Shown: positions 13,519 to 25,306 of the stretch, piece after piece
Numbering within the stretch: position 1 is the first letter of the stretch
Layout: the number at the start of each line of letters is the position of its first letter
NCBI GenBank assembly: GCA_001244265.2
Contig: LN717261.1
Span: 1,875,591-1,939,590, forward strand
Direction of reading: 5' to 3'
DNA length: 64,000 bases
DNA from: Microbotryum violaceum
Taxonomy: Eukaryota
Made by a program: the position numbers and the translations under genes
Notes under the pieces: model-generated
Seen by the model: the letters and a program-made list of their open reading frames with translations, nothing else
Database searches by the model: none
What the model was told of the DNA's origin: nothing

Positions 13519-16500
13519 ATGTCAGGCCTACAACCCCCGTCCGTTCGTACACCTACAAGTGCTGGCATGACACGTACTAACAGCCTCAGCACCGCCAACG
13601 CGAACGAACACAGCGTCAGCCACTGGCACGGCCACGACGACGGTCCTTGCGCCAACAATAGCAGCGATGCGCCTCCACTTCGTACCACGACGGACGCTTC
13701 CACCTCAACTGCCGTCGTTGGCACACGATCACCTCGCACGAACGCCTTCCCAACGTCTCCAAGTTCATGCCCGTCGTCGACCTCTTCGAATTCGACCAAT
13801 TCGTCACCCTTATTGGGCATGTCATCGTTGTTTCCCGAACCGTACCCGTCGTCGCCCATCCTCACTAGCGCTACGGCCGGTAGTTCGGTCGGGCTACGAT
13901 CGTGCCAAGACTACGCCTGTTCGGCTTCACCCTCGCTCTCGGCTGCGTCCTCGCGTACGATTCCAAGGCAACCGTCGAAATGGTCGTCATCACCTCATCA
14001 TTCGACACAGTGGCCCTCTCCTATCCCTACTGAACACGGTCTTGACGATCATTGGCCCTCGACGACGATGGCGACGGCTCAAGGGTCCCCTGTCTTGCCG
14101 AACACTGGGGATCGAATGGATAGGGAAGCATTATTAAAAGTAGGTTGGTCGCGCGATCGACAGCCTCGCGTTAATCATCCGCAACCGACACCTCAGTCGT
14201 CGTCGTCGTACCAGTACTCGCCTGCCAGTTGCTCAAGCACTTTGACCCTTCACGAATCGCCACCCTCTCCAGACGTCTCAACACACTCGATGCAAAACTC
14301 TCCTCAGTCATCCACTTCTCATCGAGGTCGAATGGACTTCACCACAAGCTGGCTCGACAACGACGATTTCGATGACGATCTCTACTCCCTCTTCGGAGCG
14401 CACTTTAACCCTCACCACCATTCGTCCGATCACACCCTACGAGCCTCGAAGAAATCCCGTCAGGATGTGAGTCAGCATGACAGAGATCTGGGCTCACCTA
14501 TTTCGGGATTCAAGAGTTTGGGACAAAAGGCTAGCAAGTTCTCGTTGAGGAGTATCGCTTCCGCAATGTCTTTATCGAATTCGTCATCCGCTTCGGCTAC
14601 TTCATCGACGAGGACGGGGGCAACAGGTTCAAATGGCTCGACCATGACTACCTCAACTTCGATGAATTCGTTTCATCCCTATCCCTCCCCGCCCAACTCC
14701 CCGCAATCTCAAGCGACAAGCTCCTTGCCCCTTTCACGACGACCATCCAAATCATCCTCCTCCAACTCATGCCTATCCCCTCTCCCTTTACCCCTCGCCA
14801 TCACCCCCTCTTTGGATCCTATCGATCCTCCTTTGATGGGTCATGTATGGTCCGAACCACAACCGGGTGGAGTGAGGGGAAAGGCGGCGAGGATCTTGGG
14901 GGAGGTGACCGTCCCAACGGGAAAGGCGGCGAGGTTGTTGGGTACTGAACAGGGGTTGAGGCAGGTCAAGATTGGGGCATCTGGTAAATACGCAGGGAAG
15001 ATGGGGATGAAGAGGAGGAAAGGTGATCGGTGAGTTATTTCAAGGACTTTTTAAATAGTGCGCTTTAGGTTGTGTACTGATCAATCAATCTGTCGGTGAT
15101 ATTCACATCATCTTCTACAGCTCCGACGATAATCACGGCTCCTTCAAAACTCGACAACCTCATCGGACGAAAGGGACAGGGAGTCACATGAACGCGAACC
15201 GCAGTTCGATTGAGCTTCTCACGCCGGAACATTCACCACCACGTTTTTCGCCTGCTCGAGAACTGAGAAGGACGTCGAGTGATAACGATTTGGGGAGAAT
15301 GATGGCTGCTCGTCGAGGACGACACGAAGAAGTATCGGAATCCGAGACGGAGGACGAAGGTAGTTCGGACGTGTTCACTGAAGGCCATGCAACCCTCCAC
15401 GCCCAAGCTCAAGGCCAAGGACATGGGAAGAAAGTTCTTCCTCCCCCACCACACTCTCAATTTTGCCTATCAACCATCAACGAAGCCCAGCCCTCCTCCA
15501 CCACACCGCACCTAACTCGTCGAGGCTCGATCGATTCCCTCATCGATTCAACTTATCACCAAAGTTGGCCACCCATCGGAAGATCAGAAAAAAATGAAAG
15601 GGTCAGTGTCGTACCTTCGTTGGCGTCGATTGCGTTACCTTCCATTCGGTCGTCATTCGCGTCCACAATGGGTGGATGGAGAGGGGGTTCGAGGCGTTCT
15701 TCTTGGGATATTGATGAGCCTGGATGTTGGGGAAGACCAGAAGGTGTAGGTTCAAGTTGGGATGAACAAAATTCACCTAGGACGCCGAGGACGCCGAGGA
15801 CGCCTACCACTTCGACACCACGCTTCCGTTCCTCGACGTGCGATTCTTCAATCTACTCCACTACGTCCTCTTTCTGCCCCGATCCCATTCAAGGAAAGGG
15901 GAAGCGTACCTCCTCCCTCCTTTCCCCTTCCGAAGGATCCCTCGCTAGAGCTCAAGAACGAGCCAAAACTTTATCAGGTCCTCCCAAGTCCATGTCACCC
16001 GTGGGGAAATTACCGCCTTTACCGGTCCCGAACTTACCTCTACCACCGATTCCGGATGGGGTCGGGGTCGGGGTCGGGATCGGGGTGATTGCGCTTCCGA
16101 TGAGGGAAGAGGTCAAGTTGGCGGGTGGCGGTGAAAGGCCGACGACGAATTCTTCTCTGAATTCGGTTGGACGACGATCACAACGAGGGCACGCTTTGGA
16201 AGCTTTAGAAGGACGTAGTGGAGGTCGGCGTGCGTTCGGTCAGGTAAAAGGGTTGAAAGCGAGGTCGAGGTTTTCGGCCGGTTCATCGTCTGAGAATTCT
16301 GTGATGAGGAGAGGGAGTAAGTTGCCGGGGGATGATGATGATGATCATTGGAAAGAAGAGGATGTGTTTGATGAAGTGGGAGAACTGACCGGGTTCAAGA
16401 GAGGAAGTCGACCGTTTTTGGACCTGGGTAAAGATGCGGGAAGCAATGCGGACGAGCTTGAAGGACTTGAGGGGTATGCCCAAGGAGCGGATAGCGATAG

Positions 16501-17032
16501 CGATACGATCTCGGAGTTTTTAAAGGGGCGTGGGGGGTCAAGGAAGGTGAGTTGCGCTTGTATCTGAGCTGAGGTCCCGTGAGCAGTCGGGATCTGACAA
16601 CGAACAAGTCTCTCACAGTGTTCGGTCGATCCCCGCGTTTCGGAGCCGAATTTTATCAAAGGACAAGTCCTTTTCAGTCCGTCTTCGATAGAACGTATTT
16701 CGACGGACAGCAAGGATCGATCGGACTGGGTCGAGCTCCGTTCGGACCTCTTACTCGAAGCCCTAGATCGAACCCAAGCCGAACTTCGCAAAGTGAACCC
16801 TTACCCAACCCACGACTCCAACGCGGACGAAAGCGAAGACGTAGACCTCGAAGCTCTTTTCCACGACTCCTCCCGTCCAACTTCTTCTTCGGTACCAAGC
16901 ACGCCAGTTTCGAGACCGGATTTGAAGAGATGTTCGTCTTCGTTCCATTCGGATGAGTTGAGTGAGGCGGAGGGGTTCAGTCCCGCTTTGGGGAGGTTGG
17001 CAGAGTTCTTTCAGGGGGAGGAAGGGGGTTGA
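13519..17032 (+). CDS. Large Ser/Pro-rich low-complexity hypothetical protein (about 3 exons)
   Basis: ORFs of 504 aa and 459 aa joined by an intron GTGAGT(15030)...CAG(15120), a further donor at ~16547, and a terminal frame ending at 17032. No domain recognised. Confidence 0.6.
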
Positions 17033-18239
17033 AGGGGCGGGTGGTGAAGAAGTGCTTGCATGGTAAATCGAGAGTTTTTTTTGGGTTTTTGTCTATCGGG
17101 AGGGTGCTTGTTAGGGTTTTTATATTCTTTTATTCTACTTTATTCTTTTCCAACTCTTTTCGTGAGCCAAAGGGCACGAGAGAGCACCATTTTCGAACTC
17201 GTCGCTCAAGTGGACAGAGCTGGGAGACAGGGGAAGATCTGATATCTGATAGTCAACGTTGCGCCGAGCGTCACGTGATATCATCCATTTCGACGATGAT
17301 TTAGAAAGTGCCGAGGGGGTTCGCGAAGACTAAAAGCATCGGGTCGTAGCTATCGAAAGTGTCAAGCGTCGGTGGGAGCGTGCACGAGCTCGTCTCAAAA
17401 CCTGTTCGGAGCCGGTTCGACGCCCTATTATCTCACAAGCTCATCCCGGAGGTGATCCTTCTTGTTTGTGCTGGGTTGCTTCACAAATTTTCACCCAAAC
17501 AATGTTCATTCTCGAAGCGGTGTGTACAGCTCATATTTCGACTGGGGCTCAATCTACACAAGGAAGAGACGCAAGATTGGCACTAAAGAGACCGAGCTTC
17601 TGCTCGAGAAGAAAAAAAAACGAAGAGTCTTTGGGAGCCACAGGATATGAAAAACAGACCCCAGAAAAACCAGGAAAAAGGGCTTTACAAGCTGAACTCA
17701 GAGTCTTAGACGAGCCTTGCGGGGATGTCAGGAGCCCGTCTACGGGAGGCTAGCGAATCCATCGGGAAGGAGATGAGACTGGACACAAGAGCTGTTGGCA
17801 CGGTTCGCGGTAACGTAAGGGTTCGTCGAGAGGTCTTCGCACCACCCTCTGAGGAAGACGGCGGCACTGTGGTCATCCATCGTGACGAGGGGCTGGTCGA
17901 TGGCACCAATCTGGCCGGAGCAGGTAGGTCGCATCGGACTGTTGAATCCAGTATGGGGGGCAACTGTACCGTAAGAGGACGGAGCACATATCAGATCCTC
18001 CAGAGTACAGAAAACATCATCGGAACTGACCACGAGCCATGGGATGCTGGGCCAGACAATACATGTGCACAGTGTCCATGAGTAGGTAAGTAAGGCTTGA
18101 ACGGTTGCTGCTTAGCTAGAAAAAAGGCTTGGCCAAGCCGTAGCCGACAAATTTGGCGACGGGGACGCCTAGGTAACATTGACCGCCGTGAAAGTCGTAC
18201 CGGGGCAAGCAGAAGATCGTCGTACTGTTGCAGGTCAGA

Positions 18240-18950
18240 CCATGTTATGGTGGAACCTGTGAGATTTCGCGAAACGGGCCTTCGCCGATCGCCAAGTGAG
18301 AGCAGGGGGCGTCGTAAGCGCAGCGTCACGTGCCTCGCCGGTGACGAACCCAACCGTAACGCGATGGTGAGCCGCCCCATTACGCAGGATTGATGAATGT
18401 TGTACGCCTAGGATCTGTGGTCGATAGGCTGCAAGGTGGTCCGGCAGAGGAACTCCAGGCTCAAAGCAGATAGGAGAGATCGGCGATAACAGCCTCGTGA
18501 CGCAGGCCACGAGATCGGTCTTGTCGGCATGAGACGCTCGCGAGGCGCTCTGGTGAGACAGAGTCACTTCAAGGGCGTAATCAAAGATGTTCTCGACAGA
18601 CCGGTTCGCGTTCAAGGCCGAGAATTTCAGCGATGTGGCGGTGGCGACGGGTAGAGTTCGGCGAAGTAGATGGCCTGGACCCAACGATCCATGCGGTTTC
18701 CGGGTACAGCACCCATGGCTTGTAGGAGGCTGCCCAAAGCCTTGGCACGCTGTTGTTGTTGTTGCTGTTGTTCAGGTGACTGAGTCACCTGACTCGCAGC
18801 GGCGGCATAGTTGGGTGCGGCGGTGGCGGGGCCCGTGGCTTGCGTCTTCTTCGAGCTTATCGGGATCTGGTCGCGGGGTGGCTGGACGCTGGTGGCGGAC
18901 ACCGGTGGTGGCGGTGCCGGCGGTGGGGACCCAGGGTCTCCTGTAGACAT
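18240..18950 (-). pseudogene. LINE ORF1, N-terminal half (inverted; one frameshift near 18680)
   Basis: MSTGDPG...NYAAAAS (YAAA motif typical of L1/Tx1 ORF1) continuing into ...SHRFHHNMV at the left insertion boundary; preceded by a (TCACC/TCACT)n 5' UTR at ~19007-19045. Confidence 0.75.
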
Positions 18951-19051
18951 CTTGTCGGTGTATCACTTGTTAACTCGAGTATCGAAGACTGCGGTAGGGC
19001 GATTTCGAAGTGAAGTGAAGTGAAGTGAGGTGAGGTGAGGTGAAGGGTCGA

Positions 19052-20611
19052 GCTTCGAATCAACGTCGGTGTTCAAGGAGTCCCTTCCATGGATGCCATC
19101 ATCAAATCGTTCCAATTACTAGTGCAGGACTTGTCAGGCAAGGGACATTCGTGCCAACTTGTGCAGGTTCTGCGCATTATCAGCGTGGACAACGCCTCGG
19201 CCTTTGCCCACGTTGCCGGAGACTACTCAGCTTTCCTACACTTCGATGACGACTCCCTGTTCAAACGCCCTAACACGACCTTGAAAGAGATCCTACCTTC
19301 GAGAATCGGCCTTCCCACTCGAGGCATCCCGGTCACCGCCCTTTGCCATGACTATGAGAAGGAGGCGGCTTGCGGTAGGTGCCACTTCGTTGGTCACGTG
19401 GGAACCTGCGGACTGGATCAGGAGAGCAAGCGAAAGGAGGCTCACAACGGCAACGGCAACGGCAACACCAACGCCAACAAGAACACCATCACCAACGACA
19501 CCAACATTGCGGAGGCCGAGGCCCCCATTCCTGTGCCGGTTGTTAACAGGATCGCATCACAGAATCGCTTCGCCGGGCTCGAGGTTGAGGAGGGACAGGA
19601 GGAAGCGGTAACTGGCCAGAGCGGACAGGGGCCAGGGGAATCGGGGAGGAGGACGCTGGTGATAAGGCGGATGACGAGGACTCGGAGGACTCGGAGATGG
19701 AATCAGAGGCGACCGTGAAAACGGAGGCCATCATACTTAAGAGCGAGGACGAGTCGGTTTTAGAGGACTGCGGAGGATCCGATGGAGAGGTGATTGATGA
19801 GGATGAGGTGATGGCGGATGGAAGGGGCGAAACAGAAGGCAAGGTGGCGACGGAGATGGAGGAAAGGGAGGTGGCGACGGAGATGGAGGAAGAGGAGGTG
19901 GCGACGGAGGTGGACGATGTGGACGAGGCAGGGGGAGCGACGAAAGCGGAGAACGCGGAAGCGACGGACTTAGGGGAGACGAACAGGCTGGGCAATGACG
20001 ACGACAGCGACGCAACAGCAACCGCCGCCACCGCTTCCCGCGAATCGACACCCCACGAACCAACCCCACCTTTGTCACCCGAAACTCTTGCCAAGTCGCT
20101 TCGCGAGGGGGAGGAGTGGGACAGGATCAGAGCTAACTGGGTTGAGCAGGCACGACTCGAGCGGGACCAAAGCATCGAGAGGAGGCTCGACGCTGAAACC
20201 CCTTTGGTGCGTCACAACTTTGCCACGTGGGATGAGGACGGTGAGATACGTTCCATCAATATCAGGGGGACCGCTTCGAAGTTCAAAAAGCCGGTAATGA
20301 AGAGGTCACAGACTGCGGCGGACCTCAGTGACCCGAGTGACGAACCGACCGACGCCAAGCGAGTGATCATCAAAGGGAAGAGCCGCGTCGTTGTCAAGGA
20401 TGGAACAGAGGGGCGGAGGGTGACGAGGTCGATGTCAGCGGCGGCGGCGATGCCGGTTGGCGTGACGAAAGTGGACCGAGGGAAAGCAAAGGGGGTAGCC
20501 GAGGAGAAAAGATGGTCCGACCACGAGCCCAAGGACAATGTCCTGCCCGCCCTCCCCCTCTTTGAGGACGTCACCACCGCCAGGAGCGCTTCGACCTCAA
20601 CTACCCATTAA
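19052..20611 (+). pseudogene. LINE ORF1, C-terminal half (frameshift near 19620-19700)
   Basis: [17 protein letters not shown]... with a [13 protein letters not shown] zinc knuckle, then an acidic region; stop TAA 20609-20611. Confidence 0.8.
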
Positions 20612-23600
20612 CGATTAAGCCCACCATCATCACCTGGAACGTGAGGAGGGGTATGGGGGTCCCGGAGAAACGACGTGACATTTACAACTACCTATCCCTT
20701 TTCAAAGCATCGGCCATTCTCATACAAGAGCACTTCATCAGACCGCACCTCTGGCAACTCATCAAGGACGAGTACGAGGGCAAGCTCTTCATCAACCAAC
20801 ATTGTCTGACTCTAATTCCGGCTGACTCCCCCCTGATCGACGCCGAGCTCTTGCGCACCCACTCGGCACTCGACGGCCGGCTCCTCGTCACGTCCTTTCG
20901 TCTGCGGGGCGACATCAAAATTCTAGAAATCAACAACATTTATGCACCTGTTGACCCAAAGCAACGAGCGAAATTCTTTGACAAACTCTTATTTCACAAA
21001 ACATAGAAATCCCATCTCCGACTCCTTGGCGGTGATCTCAACGACTGCCCGCGCCCAGAAGTCGATCGGCGGAACCAAAGTCGGCGCGGCCACCACTGGC
21101 CAATCCTGATCGGCAAGCTCGACTCGGCCTACACGGACTGCATCCGCTACAAACACCCCATCACCCCATCCTTCACTCGACCTAATCCCAATCGCAAGCG
21201 ACCCAACTCCTTCTCCCGGCTTGACTACTTTCTCCTGCAACGGACACACCAAAAAAGACTCGATCAGGCCTCGACGATCTACGACTATCCCAAGGAGCTT
21301 TCCGATCACCGACCGGTCTTGATTGTGCTGGCTCTCTCAGACGATCCTGATGCGACCCTCCCACAGCTCAGCCTACCTACCACATCAAACCAACTACATC
21401 GAATCAACACCACAACCTTTAAGACGGTGGAATTCCAGCGGATGATGGAAGGATGGTTGGAAGGGGCAAGCGGGGAGGAACCGGTGGGGAGCTCGAGGTC
21501 ATTCTGAAGGCGTGCAGGGATAGGGGTGGGGAGATGGCGAGGAGGCTGCATCGGGAGCGGACGGAACGGATGGAGTATTTGGTGGGGAGGGTGCAGGATC
21601 TGGAGGCGATACCGGAATGGGGGGAGGCGGAAACGGCAGAATGGACAAGGACGTCCGAGGAACTCAAGCGGGCGGTCGAGGAGCGCGCGCGCCTACTCCG
21701 GATCCGAGCCCACGTACCCGAGATCGCCTCCGAGGAACGACTGTCGCGGCCGGTCCACGCCAAGCTTGCGGCGCGGAACTCGGACTCCAAGATCACAGCA
21801 CTGCGCTTGAGCAACGGAGAGCTAACGCATGACATTGATGTCGCTCTTGACCACACGCAGGCGCATTTCCAGCGCCTCTACCACATCGAGCCTCGTGACC
21901 CGGACCGCGTCGACCGACTTCGGGACGAATTCCTCGCGCCGATCAGGGCGGCGCGGACTTGCGACGACCCGCGCTCGGATCCTCGCTTTCTGCGCCGACT
22001 CTCGGAATCGCAGATCGACTTACTCCAGGAACCAATCAACGAGGACAAGGTCGTGGCCGTGATTGGGACGACGCACCTGGGGCGATCGCCGGGACCGTCG
22101 GGCGCGCCCTACGAACTCTACCAGACCGCACCCAAGGCGTGGGCCAAGGTGCTGACCAAGGCCTACAACGCGATGATAGAGCGAGGCTCACTCTCTCCCA
22201 AGCAGGGCCAAGGACTCGTGCGCCTCATCTTCAAGCGACACAAGAAGAATGCTGATCGCGCCGAACTTTCGGCGTACCGGCCGATCACCCTGCGCGAGTG
22301 CGATTACAAGATCTTTACCAAGGTCTATGTCGCCCGTTTGAACCAAATTCTACCGGATCTCCTCCCGCCGCAGCAGCACGGATTCGTCAAGGACCGCCGA
22401 TCGGCTGACGCTGCACTACACCTTCGTCTCCTGATCGAGGAAGTTGGCGCGCGCAGGACCGAGTTCCCCGCGGCCGCACTCTTATCTCTTGACCAATCGT
22501 CCGCCTACGACCTCGTCGAGCATGACTGGATCTTTGCCATCTTTGACGCTCTGGGCGCTCCTGCCACCTTTCTTCGCGTGCTGAGGATGCTCTACTCGGG
22601 TGACTCGACCTCGGCCCGCTACATCATCAATGGGTTCTTGACGGCGCCGGTACGACTGACGTGTGGGCTCGGCCAAGGGGACCCGGCGTCGTCGTCGGTC
22701 TGGGACATCGTGTTTCAGCCGTTTCTGGATGCTCTACACCGTCGAAACATCGCGCTGAATCTCTCCGTACCTGCACTTCATCCGTACCCACAGAGCCGCG
22801 CCATTACATCGCTTGCTTTTGCCGATGACGTTGTCGTCGCCGTCGCGGGCTTGGGGTCACTCAACTTGCTCGATGACCTGGCGCTCGACTGGAGGCATGC
22901 AACGAATGGCCGGCTCAACACGGACAAGACGGTCGTCCTACCGATCGGACGCCGCTGGGACCCGGGGCAACGCCCGCTCGTCGTCAAGGCCGCAGGCGAG
23001 TCGCTCGAGTGGATCGGCCTCCCCTTCGACCCGAGCGGCGACACCGAACTCGCCTACGCGAATCTCATCGAACGCCTCGAGGCGACGCTGGAAGGGGTTC
23101 AGCATCGCTGGCTCACACACCACACCCGTGCCTTTTACGTCAATCGGTACGCCATCCCCAAGATCCTGCACTTCCTTGCAGCCGACATCCCGCCGCCCGA
23201 AGTCGTCAAGAAGCTCGATGACATGCTCGTCGATTTCGTCCGTGGGGGCAAGGGCAGGTCCAGCTACGGCAGAGATATCGTGTTCACAGCCAAGCTCAAG
23301 GGGGGACTCGGGGTGATCAGGATGCAGGACGTCGTAGACGCGGTTGCGGCACGGATCTGGGACGTTCTTCTCGGCGGTTCGGGCGCGATCTGGCAAGGAC
23401 TTGCGCGCGTGGCACTCCAGCGAGCTCAGTCCGACCTCGACCTGGCCACCGATCTCTGGCCACATCCCTCCACTCCCATCCCCAGCGACCTCCATCCCCG
23501 ATGGCGAGCAGCATTGGGGGTTCCGAAACAGCAAGACGCGCAGGTCAACCCGAGGACCTTGACCACCGCGAACCTGCTCGCGCTTCCCACCTTGCTCGGC

Positions 23601-24629
23601 AGCCTCCACACCCCCATCAGAGGGAGACAGACCATCGACGCGGTTCATATACCTGACTACCTTCGTCTCCAGGGCTACCCGAAGGTGGCGGATCTCTACC
23701 GGCGCGAGTTGTATGCAGGTGGGGGGTTTCACCTTTGGACGCCGCCGGCGGATGTGCTCGGCGACAACAGCGAGTACGATCGACGCGGGCTCCCGCAGCG
23801 ACTGGCAATCGCGGCCTGGTACCGGTTTACTGTCGATCGACACAAGAACACGCCCTTGGCGGTGGCGGTGGCGGCAGGACGGCTCAACGTGCCTCCCCGG
23901 ATCGGCACCAGCGCACCGCTCGAGGCGATTCTCCCCAAGCCCGTGGCCCGCTTCGCAATGGAGCAGCGCCTTCCGGACCCGGTGCTTCCACAGCAGGCGA
24001 GCCAGTACAAGCTGCTGAACATGGCTCGACCGTACACCATCCGTCGCATCCGCCGGGTCCTGAACGCGAAGGCCTTTACCAACACGCTCGGGCTCAAGGG
24101 ACCACCGCAGCCGGACGACCTCAGGAGCTTTTGGAAGGCGGTCAACTCGAAGGCACTGACGGCGAGGGAGAGGGAAGTTTGGTTCAAGCTGATTCTCCGC
24201 TTCACCCCGACGCGCAAGCTGCAACACCAACAGAATCACGACACTTCTCCCGCGTGCCTCGTCTGCGAGGCGCCGGTGGACGACACCGACCACTACTTTT
24301 TCGACTGCGTTGACTCTGGGAACGTTTGGATCGCGGCAAGGAGCGTGCTCTGCGACGCACTGGGGCTCGACACGATCGACAACACGCATTACACGGCTGT
24401 TCAACGCATGTTCGGACTTCCGAAGCTCAAGGCCAGTCTACGCGATCAAGAAGGAGCGGGGAGGACGATCGAAATATTCACCGGGCTGGTCTTGGAGATG
24501 ATCAGCAGCGGGAGGTGGGGGATGCAGAAGTGGGGGACGAAGATGGAGGGTGTTGTGAGGAGGAGGATCATCTTGGAGGAGAGGTTGAAGCTGAGGGCGG
24601 GAGGAGCTTGGGGGAGGAGAGGGCAGTAG
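20611..24629 (+). pseudogene. LINE ORF2: AP endonuclease, reverse transcriptase, zinc motif; premature TAG 21004-21006 and frameshift ~21490
   Basis: APE motifs TWNVRRG, LIQEH, NIYAP, GGDLND, SRLDYFL, SDHRPV. RT motifs [40 protein letters not shown]-terminal CLVC...DHYFFDC. Confidence 0.95.
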
Positions 24630-25271
24630 AGGCTGGGTTCGACTTTCCCCCACCACCACCACACACACACACCAAATTCTCGTGACATCATTTTCTCCTA
24701 CTGTACACTAAATAGATCGCTTTCATCTTTCATTTGTTACAGGTTCACCGTTGCGGATCATGGACCATCTCGCGATTTGGCGTCGACTCGGTGTGGCTCG
24801 CGCTCTTCGGCTTCGGGGTTCTGAGTCAAGGGAGGGATCAGCGGACACAGGCAGAAAGTCGGCTTTGAGGGGCCAGGGACTGCCGATGGGGGAGGTTTTG
24901 AGGGACCTTCACCGCGTCTTGTTGTGACTGAGCAGAGACTTGGAGCGTCGAGGGTCGTGGTGGTTGCGCAGTCGTGCTCTTGTCTTCGTCTCGACCGAGT
25001 GGGAAGTGGCTGTGGGGTGGGCCTTCTGTCGTTAGTACATTTCTTTTCTTTCTTTTTTTCTCTTCATCTCTCTTTCTCTCTCTCATTAGTCTCCTGGGGG
25101 GAGCAACCGCTTGGCTAGGGCATTTGAATCCGAATCTCGGATTGGTGGACTTGGCTCGTTTCTCGCACTTTTGCGGGCGGTTTGTGTTATCATCGTAGTC
25201 TTCCATCTAGTTTTTCCGTAGGCCAAAACAGGGGGAACAGGAACTGGGGGCAATATGATGAACGTTTTCTA

Positions 25272-25306
<35 letters not shown>

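Larger units (their letters stand above)
18240..25305 (+). mobile_element. Full-length L1/Tx1-clade non-LTR retrotransposon with inverted 5' segment
   Basis: Contains ORF1 with a zinc knuckle, ORF2 with APE + RT + C-terminal Cys/His motif, a ~640 bp 3' UTR and a 33-nt poly(A) at 25273-25305. The 5' UTR and ORF1 start lie on the opposite strand at 18240-~19051. Confidence 0.93.

Noticed and set aside
18116-21006. RIP-like hypermutation explaining the TAG stops
   Set aside because: Too few sites to infer a context bias; it needs consensus-based substitution counts, and copies A and C remain almost identical.
22938-24404. 488-aa minus-strand ORF
   Set aside because: Antisense shadow of the GC-rich LINE ORF2 with no recognisable motifs.
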